A stretch of 64,000 nucleotides of DNA from an uncultured Methanosarcinaceae archaeon (GTDB taxonomy: Archaea > Halobacteriota > Methanosarcinia > Methanosarcinales > Methanosarcinaceae): positions 128,001 through 192,000 of the forward strand of contig CAWJYV010000010.1 of the NCBI GenBank assembly GCA_963847185.1. Direction: 5' to 3'. The stretch's first letter is position 1; the number at the start of each line of letters is the position of its first letter. The position numbers and the translations under genes are program-made. Shown here piece after piece: positions 50,575 to 61,359 of the stretch. Below the pieces are notes generated by a model, which was not told where the DNA came from, made no database searches, and saw only the letters and a program-made list of their open reading frames with translations.

Positions 50575-53144
50575 ATCAGGACCCTGCTTTACTTTTGGAA
50601 TCTATTTTAGTATGTATTGTTATCTATCTAAATAATTATTATGATATTTCTCTGGGGCAATATTAAAAATAAAATAATATTAAAAAGTATATATAAATTA
50701 AAGATTTTGTGGTTTAATCTATGCTAATAAACTTGGAAATAATTGATTACACATAGAAAAAGCTGAATATATATAGCAAAAACATTAGCTATTGGTTTTA
50801 TCTACTTTTTGATTTGAATAGTGTACACTTAGGAGAGAGAGAATATTTATATAAATATACCTCGATATATCTCACTTTAAGAATAACTTTTGGTATTACT
50901 TATTGCTGATTAGCCATATATTCTATTTTTCCCCTTCATATCTATATGAAATATATATTTTATGTCAATGTGTTAGTAATTGCACTACTGATTAATTAAT
51001 ATGGAACTATTCTTTATTATGTTATATATCCAAAAATATATATTAAAAATCAGTACTATGTTTGGTGTTATTAGATGAATATATTTAATAACATATTAGG
51101 ATATTGTGATTTTTAAAATATAACTAATTCGTAATTGTATTAGATTTCCTCATATATTCGCTAAAACAGATATATTTTAACAACTAATTTTATCGAATTA
51201 ATTTACGTACACAGATATTTAACTGATGTTAAACTATCTGTGTTAATTGTTATCTATTTAATTATATGTTTTCATTGACTATTATTTTGTATTTATGTAT
51301 TAGTGCTTATTGAGTTACATATAATTTGTAGATTGTTTTAGAATATATTCATTTTTGTAGTAATATCAAAATATTATAAATATAGCATATTGTTTTTATT
51401 ATTCATTAGAAAACATATTATGAATATGTGGTATAAAAGAAAGGCTTTTAAAACTCATTATTATAATGCATATCAAATGATATGCATTCAATATTTGTCA
51501 TTTTTAATAACCCCATTAAATAAATACCAATACTATGTAGTATATGTAAAATGTGTAACATACGTTTACAATTCAAATAAATAGCATATTCATAACATAT
51601 ATAACAGTATATAATTCATCATGATTTTTTATATTCAAATGTCGCTTTATAGTGTAAACATTGCCTATTATTTATACATTTTATTAAAATAAGCATATGT
51701 GTATAATTAGTTTTTTTGTATGTAACTGATAGACTATTTGATATGAACTTTTAAAGAAACACATAGCTAAAAAAGAGCTACAATTTAAAAAAAAATTGAG
51801 AGTTAAACTATGATAATTTTAGAAGTTTGATTTGCCAGTTATAATTTGTTCATTTTCGTAAAAAATAATATATTTTAGAATCTTCACATTCATTCCCATA
51901 GTTAGTATGTATAGATTTTTGTATTTCATACATAAATTTTTCTCCATATATTTTTGCATTTAATAGTACGTCTGTCGACGAAAACCCGTTAATTCTTATA
52001 GTATGTGTAATGGCTGACTTGACAAAAATGGAGGTAAAACATGATATTATAACACAAGCAAAAATCATGCTCATAGTATATAGGAATAAATTTGAAGGAT
52101 GTGTTTAAAGAGACAAATTCGATCTCAAGGTTACTTAATTAAGCTCGAAAATCTCTATATTATTATAAATTATATCTAACGTTTTTAATTATTATAGTCT
52201 TGCTAATTAGTTCACTTATATCTTGAGTTCGAACTAATAAGGCAGAATTTTGCATAGGAAATATATTTCCAGATGAATTCCCATAGTAATTTTTTTTCTT
52301 AAGCATAAATTGGTAATGGGCACGAGTTATCGAAAAACATATGCATGAGAGTCTTTATTCATTTCTTTCAAATATAGGGGGCGTATTTGCTTTTTTATAT
52401 TGATCAATAACTCACGGATACGATCCCAAAATTTCCGATTAAGGAATAATTATGGACTCTCAGTGATTGTATATTACTATATTTATATAATCTTTTCTGG
52501 ATTGAATAGTGTAGCCTTCATGTCTCAAAAATACCATAAAACGCATATCCCTAAGTTATAAAAAAATAAACTAAAGTTTACTAAATATAAAATAAAGAGC
52601 TAATAATTATTAAAAATGAATACTATATGATATTGCCATTCTCGGTAGAGATATTTTAAGATTGAATCTGTATCTATACTACACACTATTAAAAGTAGCC
52701 TAATATGCCTTTAATATAGTCATATATTTATATAATCTATCTTGAGTTAAATAGTGTAGCCTACTCAAACAGAAAACACTATAAAACACATAGTTAAAAA
52801 TTATGTAAAAAATAAATCCAATTTTGCTGAATATAAATAAAGTATCTGATTTATTTTAATATTGGATTTTTAACATGGGGTATTCGATATACAAATACTT
52901 CTTTTGGAATATGGAATTATTTTTCTGAAATATATATTTTTAATTTAAATTTAACAAATAAATATATATATTTCTATAGTAATTATTATATATAATTGAA
53001 TTAATTTATGTTTATTATATTTATTTTCTTTAATTTTATATACTTTTTAAGTGGTAACTTTATATTATTACTTTAAATTAATTATCTTTTCTTAGATCTC
53101 TTAGTCCAGCCAGTACAAGAGAATACAAAATTTAAGTAACGAAA

Positions 53145-53609
53145 TTATAACTCCAACTTAATATCAAATATCTCTTCAAAAAGTTCATACTTTTTACGGG
53201 CTCTATATAGATACTGCCTGACCGGAGTTTCATCTTTTGCCCTGGCAAAGAGAGCTTCGATTTCTCCTCTGGAAAATATTACTTCAAGTTTTTTCAGGGG
53301 AATTTTCTCAAGTCCTGCCCAGTTGTCAATTGTCTGACTGCTTATCGAGATTGGGATTGGAAGCAGAAAAGCAGGAGCCTCGTCCACCCAGTTCCATCCG
53401 GAATCATAGATATTTACATAAAAAGAGCCGCATGAAATGCATTTTGTTACGACTGCAATTGTTTCCCCCGCAGAGTGATAACTAAGGCTCATAAGAATAG
53501 AGTCACAGTTACTGCAGTTTCCAATCTCATTTTCTTCCAGGCTGTACGCAGGCAATTGATTATCTTCAATATAAAGATTGTTTCCTTTGAGATCATAGCT
53601 ATATTTCAT
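53145..53609 (-). CDS. Hypothetical protein with a Zn-ribbon
   Basis: CSNC...CISC; GGAG RBS upstream. Confidence 0.75.
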   Translation of the reverse strand: MKYSYDLKGNNLYIEDNQLPAYSLEENEIGNCSNCDSILMSLSYHSAGETIAVVTKCISCGSFYVNIYDSGWNWVDEAPAFLLPIPISISSQTIDNWAGLEKIPLKKLEVIFSRGEIEALFARAKDETPVRQYLYRARKKYELFEEIFDIKLEL

Positions 53610-54442
53610 ATCATTCGCTCCTGGATAAAATTGAGAAAAAACTGAAAATATTAGCCTCCAATGCTTTTATTACTTCATTTCTTCTGTCTAAATGTTATAA
53701 ACCTATTAATATTGATCCCTTTTTAATAAAGTATATGGCTTCAGAGTTCCTTTGGCCTGGTCAAGTACACTCTTTTTTCGAGACAGGATGCGGAATCATG
53801 CCGCAAGCTTCATCAGGAGATAATAGATTAAGGACTAAATTCACATAATACCGGGTTGGTCCAATTTATTTACAAATCTCGCTAGTAAAAAATTAAAAAT
53901 AAACAAAATCTCTAAAAAATTCATTTTTAAATTTTACATATAGAAGTATCAATTTATGTATTGAATCAACGTAAAAATCTAGATTCTAACCTGAATATGA
54001 ACAAAAATTGAATAGTTTAATTATCCTGAACAAAAACTTAATATATTTGGCATAAGAAAATAATAAAGTAGTTAAGTAAATATATTATCAAAGTCTTTAA
54101 AATTATGGTCTTGAAAGTAAGAGTTTTCAGATTAAAATATGTATAGGATATCTAGGCTACTAAAGCAAACAAAAAAAATAGAATAAAAACCATGAAATGT
54201 AATAAAGCTTCAAAAAAGCCTCTCTGAAAAACTCTGAAATTATCAAAAGGTATGAATATGTTTACTGGTATAAGAGGGATATAACTAGGAGAAAGTATAT
54301 CAGATATAAAAATGAGTTTATAGTAATATAACATTATTATATGTAATGTCTTATACTTGTTTCATCATAGCGAATAAATTTACAAACCTATATATAGGGT
54401 TATAACTGACATAGTTTACTACATCAGTAGAGGTGGTAATTA

Positions 54443-54775
54443 ATGGCATCCATCCGAACTAAAATTAAATCCAGATTAGAGAAGTTTCTTGAAGTAGATA
54501 CCAGTGGATATCGAAGAGCTATACTGTGTATTTTCATCAGAGTAAAGAAAGCAACTATTGATGAACTGCATGAGATGCTTTCAAATAAATACAGCGTATC
54601 AAGAAATACAGTTGCATCCATGGTAGGGTATATTCATTCAAAACTTGGGATTCTAAGAGCGCATAAAGAGTCGTATAAAACTCCCATGGTTTACTTCCTG
54701 AGGGAGGAATACATTGATCTGCTGATGAAAATCGTAAATTCCTCAACAAAGTCATCTGCTGAGTTTACAGCCTAA
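54443..54775 (+). CDS. DUF2551-like protein (winged-HTH-like)
   Basis: GAGGTG RBS; RRAIL...VASMVGYIHSKLGIL. Confidence 0.78.
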   Translation: MASIRTKIKSRLEKFLEVDTSGYRRAILCIFIRVKKATIDELHEMLSNKYSVSRNTVASMVGYIHSKLGILRAHKESYKTPMVYFLREEYIDLLMKIVNSSTKSSAEFTA

Positions 54776-54810
54776 GCACATATAATACCAACCTTTATTC
54801 CTGATAGACA

Positions 54811-55212
54811 ATGTCACTTGTGAAAAACGCACCAAGAACAGCAACAACTATCGTTGTACGATCGGATGCCAACGCCCGTATAAGTCACTCACGGGATCCA
54901 TATTATGGACTTATGCGGCGCATTTTTCAGGAAGATGCCACTGCTGTTAGGGGTCAGAAATTTCTGACAATTATTGAAGAACGTCAGGCTGCAGGAAATG
55001 CGGTTCGGACGGATGAATGGCAGACCCTACTTGGTGAACTTCAGATAGGACGTGCCTCATTTTACGCGATGCGTAATAAGTTGCTTGGAGCCGGACTAAT
55101 TTCAATAAAAAATAAAGAATATAGGTTATCCGGTCAATTTTCAAAAGATCTTATCGATATGGCCCGCTGGTGGTGGACCGCTGTTCTTAACCAGCCTGAA
55201 GAAAGCTTGTAA
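54811..55212 (+). CDS. Conserved hypothetical protein (possible wHTH)
   Basis: 133-aa ORF just downstream of DUF2551; SFYAMRNKLLGAGLISIK. Confidence 0.7.
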   Translation: MSLVKNAPRTATTIVVRSDANARISHSRDPYYGLMRRIFQEDATAVRGQKFLTIIEERQAAGNAVRTDEWQTLLGELQIGRASFYAMRNKLLGAGLISIKNKEYRLSGQFSKDLIDMARWWWTAVLNQPEESL

Positions 55213-55264
55213 TAAAATTTATTTTCCTTTTCTATAAGCTAATAAAGAAATTAAGTTCTCTCCA

Positions 55265-55629
55265 GTAGTCCCGAATGTCTTAGTTCCGAAACCTGTTTTT
55301 TTACAAATGAAGGTATAAAAAAATATTGAAAATCATGGAGTCGTTTGTTATGACACAAAAACGACTCTATATTTACTAAAACTTACACACTTGAGATTCA
55401 AAATCAAGATCATTGTACCTCACTACTAAATCTATGCTTTAGATAGTTGAAGGTTTAACGCCGTTGATTATTCAGCTCAACCGCGTAAGTCCTATTTACT
55501 TCAGGACTTTACAACACTGAAATTTTTAGAACATATTACGATAAATGAAATCAGAATAGATAAAATGAAGGCTTTCCTCGTGGACTATTAAGGAAAAATT
55601 ATAAACTAATGAGAATCATTCGGAACTAC
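55265..55629. mobile_element. Outer MITE containing two further elements
   Basis: IR GTAGTCCCGAATG / CATTCGGAACTAC (12/13). Confidence 0.6.
55378..55493. mobile_element. MITE with IS701-like ends
   Basis: IR ACTTACACACTTGAG / CTCAACCGCGTAAGT; flanking direct repeat ATTTACT at 55371 and 55494. Confidence 0.72.
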
Positions 55630-55675
55630 AATAAATTGGAACTACTGTGTTAAGAGTAAAATATTTATACTCTCG

Positions 55676-55707
55676 TCACAATTGTGATTTACCTTCACAA
55701 TTGTGAA
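55676..55707. promoter_or_regulatory. Tandem palindromic operator candidate upstream of metY'/metX
   Basis: TCACAATTGTGA (55676) and TTCACAATTGTGAA (55694) just downstream of TTTATA at 55664. Confidence 0.6.
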
Positions 55708-55909
55708 ACATATGGGTTTAGCATAGAATACCGAGTGCAACATACGGCAGAGTGGCTGTGCTTCCGGCTGCAACATGGAATTATGTAAGCCCGATCTCAC
55801 TTCTGACTTGAAAATGGAAATTTCCCGTGACAAAGTAAAATACTCTGGAAATTCTCTGATTTAGATATACAAGAGAAGAAAAGAGAATAGAGTTTGGAGG
55901 TAAGAGGAG

Positions 55910-56098
55910 ATGACAGACGAAAACAGAAACTCGAGCGAAAGGGAAAGTAAGGAAAACAGGGAAATCACCCATGAACAGTTGTCAAAGAAAGAACATCATA
56001 CTTGTGGGGTGGAAGAGGATTTCTCCAGGATATTTATAGGAGTTGAGGCTGCAAAAGACCTGATTTTTGATATTGGTCAGGTACTTTCTGAGGTTTGA
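55910..56098 (+). pseudogene. Internally deleted O-acetylhomoserine sulfhydrylase (MetY) remnant
   Basis: C-terminus THEQLSKKEHHTCGVEEDFSRIFIGVEAAKDLIFDIGQVL matches the MetY C-terminal pattern THxQL...G...RLSxGxE..DL..D..QAL; strong RBS; overlaps metX. Confidence 0.78.
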
Positions 56099-57615
56099 GC
56101 ATGAAAGTTTCGGTCAATACTCCTTCCTTCAAAAACTTTTTTTCGGAGAAAAAAGGCCAGAATATAGGGATAGTTCACACAATGCATTATAACATCCCGG
56201 AGATCTTTACCCTCGAAAGTGGGAAAACTCTTTTCCATGTAAGGATAGAATATGAGATGTACGGGAAAATGAATGCAGATAAGAGCAACGTTATCCTGAT
56301 CTGCCATGCTCTTACAGGCGATGCCCACGCTGCAGGGTTTCATGCAGGAGATAAAAAACCCGGATGGTGGGATATTGTAATCGGACCAAATAAGGCCTTT
56401 GATACGGAAAAATACTGTGTTATCTGTTCAAATATAATCGGTGGCTGTAAAGGTTCAACAGGCCCCTCTTCTATAAATCCAGAAACAGGAAAACAATATG
56501 GAGTCTCATTCCCCGTAATTACTATTGCAGACATGGTAAATGCCCAGAAAAAATTGGTTGAACACCTTGGAATAAAACAGCTATTTGCAGTTGCAGGTGG
56601 CTCAATGGGCGGAATGCAGGTTATTCAATGGACAGTCAGCTACCCTGATATGGTAAAGAAGGCAATTGCAATAGCCACCACTGCATCCACAACCCCGCAG
56701 CAGATAGCATTCGGGGCAATTGGAAGGAAAGCAATAACAGATGATCCCAATTGGAATAAAGGAAACTATTACGGAAAAGCAATTCCTGCACAGGGCCTGG
56801 CTCTTGCCCGAATGATCGGCCATATTACATACCTTAGTGACGCTTCAATGCAAAAGAAATTTGGAAGAGTTCTGAAGGATGAAGCAGATCCGGATCTTTC
56901 TCCGAATTTTCAGGTCGAAAGTTACCTGAATTACCAGGGAGATACCTTTACAAAGCGTTTTGATGCCAATTCATACCTCTATATTACAAAAGCCGTAGAT
57001 TTCTTTGACCTTTCAAAGAACGGATCTCTGATAGAGGGTTTTTCAGAGGTTACTGCAAAATATTTAGTGATTTCCGTAAGCTCAGACTGGCTTTATCCTC
57101 CCTATCAATCTCAGGAAATCGTATCCGCTCTTATCGCAAACGGAGTTGATGCCAAATATGAGGAAATAAGGTCTCAATACGGGCATGATGCCTTTTTACT
57201 TGAAGAAGGGCAACTCAACTATCTCATTAGAGGCTTTCTCTCGCAGATTCTTGTAAGTGACGTAATGAATCAGAGTTTCTATTCTGTCTCGAGAGATGAA
57301 ACAATAGAGAATGCCTCGATACTCATGGTGAAAAAGAAAGTAAACCATCTGCCTGTCGTATCAGAGGACGGAAAACTTGAAGGCATTGTCACATCCTGGG
57401 ATATTACAAAAGCAGTCGCCTGTAAAATCACCGGCCTTGATGAGATAATCACCCGCGATGTAAAATATGTATATGCAGGTGAAAGAATAGAAACCGCGTC
57501 CTCAATAATGGAAGATTACTCAATTTCAGCACTTCCGGTCATTGACTCAGAAAACTGCATTATAGGTATGGTTACAAGCGAGAGCATAAGTGCTCTAATC
57601 GGGAGATTCAGTTAA
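56095..57615 (+). CDS. metX: Homoserine O-acetyltransferase with a C-terminal CBS pair
   Basis: [43 protein letters not shown]; CBS NHLPVV, SALPV. Confidence 0.95.
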   Translation: MSMKVSVNTPSFKNFFSEKKGQNIGIVHTMHYNIPEIFTLESGKTLFHVRIEYEMYGKMNADKSNVILICHALTGDAHAAGFHAGDKKPGWWDIVIGPNKAFDTEKYCVICSNIIGGCKGSTGPSSINPETGKQYGVSFPVITIADMVNAQKKLVEHLGIKQLFAVAGGSMGGMQVIQWTVSYPDMVKKAIAIATTASTTPQQIAFGAIGRKAITDDPNWNKGNYYGKAIPAQGLALARMIGHITYLSDASMQKKFGRVLKDEADPDLSPNFQVESYLNYQGDTFTKRFDANSYLYITKAVDFFDLSKNGSLIEGFSEVTAKYLVISVSSDWLYPPYQSQEIVSALIANGVDAKYEEIRSQYGHDAFLLEEGQLNYLIRGFLSQILVSDVMNQSFYSVSRDETIENASILMVKKKVNHLPVVSEDGKLEGIVTSWDITKAVACKITGLDEIITRDVKYVYAGERIETASSIMEDYSISALPVIDSENCIIGMVTSESISALIGRFS

Positions 57616-57879
57616 TTTAAGAGAAGGATCAAATATTAGAATAGTTTTTGTCCACGTAGATTATATACGATACTCTACTAAGAAGAAAACAAAAGCATCA
57701 GAGCCAATTAAAATAGAAAATAGATCTTATCGGAGATTTATCGGATATTTCATTTAAAAAAATCCAAAACCTCATATCTAAACTGAAAATTAGATTTTAG
57801 TCTTTTTAAATCCAAAGTACATAAAATAAATTAAAAATATATAAACTGAGTACGAGATGAGTTAAAGAATAAAATGAGT

Positions 57880-58010
57880 ATGAAGCTTGAGAAGAAGAGC
57901 CTGAAGGCATTGAATACGATCTCATCCCATGCAATCTCTCCAAATTTATACTCCATCAAGCATATCTCGAAGGAGAACCAATGCCTTCAGGCAAATTTGT
58001 GTGTCTGATC
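57880..58010 (-). ncRNA. Candidate hairpin sRNA
   Basis: Perfect 14-bp IR GCCTGAAGGCATTG (57899) / CAATGCCTTCAGGC (57979); TATA-like TTATATAT at 58037-58030 on the - strand; pyrimidine-rich 3' tail. Confidence 0.4.
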
Positions 58011-58181
58011 TCTGTTTATCCACGGCTCAATATATAATAGCACAAAATTATATTTTAAATTAATTATATAAATAATTTGTTTTAAGCAAAAATTTTCTTG
58101 GTTTAAAAAAAATCAAATCAACGATATTTTTTAATCAAAGGTTTCAATTCAATTTTACAGGTTTTTATTCATCCTGTGTTT

Positions 58182-58544
58182 TTACAAACATTGCCTTGGG
58201 TTTTCTGCTCCTCTCTTAAGAATTTGCATCCAATCAGGAGATTGCATACCAGCATACTCATATCCTAATAGAAGTATCTCGCTAACTTCTTTGCCTTCAA
58301 CTGGCATCGATCCGGTTACCTCATATGTTGGAAATGGGACAGGAAGAACTCCTTTTACAGTCTCATCACTTTCTAATTTAGTAAGTCTACTTAGGTTATC
58401 TGTAAAAAGATCTTTTTCTGAATTACTAGCAGTCACGATAGGTATTGTACGAATTGAGTGATATATACACGATTCAATTACAGCAAATCCGAGTACGAGC
58501 TCTTTCCATATCATAGGTTTGTTCTGATCAATCATTTCTGTCAT
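58182..58544 (-). CDS. Hypothetical protein
   Basis: 120-aa ORF with GGGGGA RBS; no recognisable motif. Confidence 0.5.
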   Translation of the reverse strand: MTEMIDQNKPMIWKELVLGFAVIESCIYHSIRTIPIVTASNSEKDLFTDNLSRLTKLESDETVKGVLPVPFPTYEVTGSMPVEGKEVSEILLLGYEYAGMQSPDWMQILKRGAENPRQCL

Positions 58545-58629
58545 TAGTTATCCCCCAAAAGTTGAACACTTAATTAAAGGAATAAAGATCCCATAATGCG
58601 ATAAATCTTATTTATTTTCAAGTAAAATT

Positions 58630-59478
58630 TCATTCTACATATTCTATACTCTTTTTTACAGGCCTGAAGAGTTTCATGAAATCGTGCACGTCTTCAGGAA
58701 AATCAGTGTTTACCGGAAGACCTATATTTTTTGCTTCACTTGCAGAAAGGGGAGTGCTGTGGATCATTTCACCACTGACCAGTTTTTCGACAACTTTATC
58801 AAGCCTGTCTTCTCCATCAACCCCTGGCTGTATTTTACCTTCAAGAAGCTCTTTTGCAACCTGTCGGGTGAGTTTGAGGGCTTTTCTGGAGACGTCGCTC
58901 ATGACAAGGGTGGCGTCATCTGCTTTTTCTTTCTTTGTTTCTGCGGCATAGATCCAGGAAGGAGCAGGAAAAGTCCCGCGCAGAAAATCCCCGATCTGAG
59001 GATCGATAGGCCCGATGACAGCATCTTTATCCATTACGATTTCGCTTGCAGCAAGAGCAATAACCGTGCCTCCTGACATTGAATAATGAGGGATAATGAC
59101 CCTTGTATTTTTAGGGTGCTTCCTGAGGGCGCGGGCAATCTGGATGCTGGCATGAAGCTGCCCACCTGGGGTGTGCAGAATAAGTTCAAGCGGATAATCT
59201 CTGTACTGCCTTATCCAGCGCAAAATCTGTTCGGCATCCTCTTCGTCTATGAACTGGTAAACAGGCATCCCGAAAAGAGAAACTGCTTCTCGTCTGTGGA
59301 TCATAGTTAGCACTTTGCATCCATGGTTTTTTTCCATAATTTTCAGTTTTGCTATACGCTGAATCCTGATTCTTTTGAGCTGCGACTGCGGATAGACTAT
59401 TGCATACAGGAAGAAAAATAAGAATAAGAGCGACATCAAATCCCAGAGACTGATTGTTGAAGTGTCAACGTTAACCAA
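58630..59478 (-). CDS. SDH-family ClpP-fold serine protease
   Basis: LILHTPGG, PHYSMSGGT.IALAA, GPIDPQ, HSTPL. Confidence 0.9.
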   Translation of the reverse strand: MVNVDTSTISLWDLMSLLFLFFFLYAIVYPQSQLKRIRIQRIAKLKIMEKNHGCKVLTMIHRREAVSLFGMPVYQFIDEEDAEQILRWIRQYRDYPLELILHTPGGQLHASIQIARALRKHPKNTRVIIPHYSMSGGTVIALAASEIVMDKDAVIGPIDPQIGDFLRGTFPAPSWIYAAETKKEKADDATLVMSDVSRKALKLTRQVAKELLEGKIQPGVDGEDRLDKVVEKLVSGEMIHSTPLSASEAKNIGLPVNTDFPEDVHDFMKLFRPVKKSIEYVE

Positions 59479-59623
59479 AAAATTCCCCCGAAAACTTCCC
59501 TCAGGTACTGCCGGAGATTATCATAAGATGCAATAAAACCCCAGACTTAACCCCATGCCAAATTTACTCCCATGATATAATAGTCCTCAGGTTTAAATAA
59601 AGATATAGAAATCCTGTATAGTT

Positions 59624-59941
59624 TCATGGAGAAATAAGCTTGAGTCCGATTACCCCTGAGAGAATGAGAGTTATGCAAATAAGTCTACCTAAATCCGCGG
59701 ACTCACTAAAGAGCAGGATGCCCAGGATCGTGGTACCTACAATCCCGATTCCGGTCCAGACTGCATAGCCGGTTCCTATTGGCAGAGTTTTCACGGCCTG
59801 AGACAGGAAATAGAAACTCAGGAGCATGCAAATTATCGTAAAAATACTGGGATAAAGCCTCGTGAAACCTTCCGTATATTTCAGTCCGATTGCCCAAGCT
59901 ACTTCAAAAATGCCAGCAATAAAAAGAAAGGTCCATTCCAT
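59624..59941 (-). CDS. sugE: SMR family exporter (Gdx/SugE type)
   Basis: [34 protein letters not shown]. Confidence 0.88.
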   Translation of the reverse strand: MEWTFLFIAGIFEVAWAIGLKYTEGFTRLYPSIFTIICMLLSFYFLSQAVKTLPIGTGYAVWTGIGIVGTTILGILLFSESADLGRLICITLILSGVIGLKLISP

Positions 59942-60191
59942 GATGTTCTACAACCTGCGTATTGTTTTACAACCTTGCCTATGTGCATATTATAGGGTTA
60001 CAGTGAAGATAACAATTGAGAGGTATTAGAAGCCTTTCTCCTTATACCTTGCCTGAAGAGCGTCTTGAAGAATCTGTCAAATTCTCACATGTAAATTCTC
60101 GAGTTTAAGATCATGCTCAAATATTGTGAGAAGTAAATAATAAGACCTTTAACCTATGTAGGAGAATATTCTATAAGGAGAATGTTCCAAT

Positions 60192-61280
60192 ATGGCAGCC
60201 CCGAAGTACCTGAAACGATATATCAAGGTGCAGAGAGATGAAATGCCTGCCCTCTTTAAGATAACAGAGAGAATTCCGGTCAGCTTCGATCCAAGTATGA
60301 CGCTTGAAGAACTCAGGAAAATTCACGAAAAGGGCATGGATGAATACAGAATACTCCATGAAAAACTTGAACTCGAAGCTATGGAAGCTCTTGCCTATAA
60401 AGATGCAGATGACAGACTGGTATTGTTTACTGAAACCTTCCTGAAAATTCCGAAATCCAGTCCATCCCTTATGGATCTTAAAGTTGCAATCACAGACAGG
60501 ATGATTGAGGAGTGTAACTGCTGCGGGTGGCGCTGCGGTGTCAACAGAAAGGCGGGTGAGAAGGGTTTTTGCAGGCTCACTGATTCTTCAAATTACGCTT
60601 CCGAGTTTCTGCACATGGGAGAGGAACCAGAACTTGTGCCTTCCCACACCATCTTTTTTACAGGCTGTACCTTTGCCTGCGTTTACTGCCAGAACTGGGA
60701 GCTCTCAACCGCACCCGAGACAGGAACCAGAATAGAGCCGAGAAAACTTGCAAAGCTGATTGACCTCAGAAGAATGCATGGAGCCAAAAACGTAAATTTC
60801 GTAACCCCTACCCCTCATGCGCATACTGTCCTGAAAATAGTCAGGGAAATTCATGTAAACACGCCTGTGATCTGGAACTCAAATATGTACTACTCCCCTG
60901 AGATTGGCGAGATTCTGGAGGGTGTAGTGGACGTCTACCTTGGAGACTTCAAATACGGAAACGATGAATGCGCCCGGAAATTTGCAAAAATTAAAAATTA
61001 TCTTGAAGTCGTGCAGCCCAACTTCGAATTCGCCTACAAAACCGCAGAAGTTGTCCTTCGCCACCTTGTCCTCCCTGGCCACATCGAGTGCTGCACAAGA
61101 CCGATCGCTGAATGGACTGCAAAACATATCCCGCAAATCAGGTTCAATCTCATGTTCCAGTACAGTCCGCGCTACAGGGCAGCAGAGTATCCGGAAATTG
61201 ACCGCTATCTGACAACAGAAGAAGAAGCTGCAGCAATATATATTGTAACAGAGGCAGGAATTGAAGATTTACTGACCTGA
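60192..61280 (+). CDS. Radical SAM protein, PflX-like
   Basis: GEEPEL, FFTGCTFACVYCQN, DFKYGN, RHLVLPGH. Confidence 0.88.
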   Translation: MAAPKYLKRYIKVQRDEMPALFKITERIPVSFDPSMTLEELRKIHEKGMDEYRILHEKLELEAMEALAYKDADDRLVLFTETFLKIPKSSPSLMDLKVAITDRMIEECNCCGWRCGVNRKAGEKGFCRLTDSSNYASEFLHMGEEPELVPSHTIFFTGCTFACVYCQNWELSTAPETGTRIEPRKLAKLIDLRRMHGAKNVNFVTPTPHAHTVLKIVREIHVNTPVIWNSNMYYSPEIGEILEGVVDVYLGDFKYGNDECARKFAKIKNYLEVVQPNFEFAYKTAEVVLRHLVLPGHIECCTRPIAEWTAKHIPQIRFNLMFQYSPRYRAAEYPEIDRYLTTEEEAAAIYIVTEAGIEDLLT

Positions 61281-61359
61281 TAATGCTAGAACCCGACAGC
61301 ATTTTTAATTTAATCTAACCATTTAGACTTGGTTCCGCAAGCGTATTTTTCAATCTTCG

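Noticed and set aside
50580-53140. Replication origin
   Set aside because: No ORB-like GTTCCAGTGGAAAC/G-string motifs and no cdc6/orc1 gene nearby.
59942-60070. Guanidine riboswitch upstream of sugE/gdx
   Set aside because: No twin ACGR hairpins or other recognisable guanidine riboswitch consensus.
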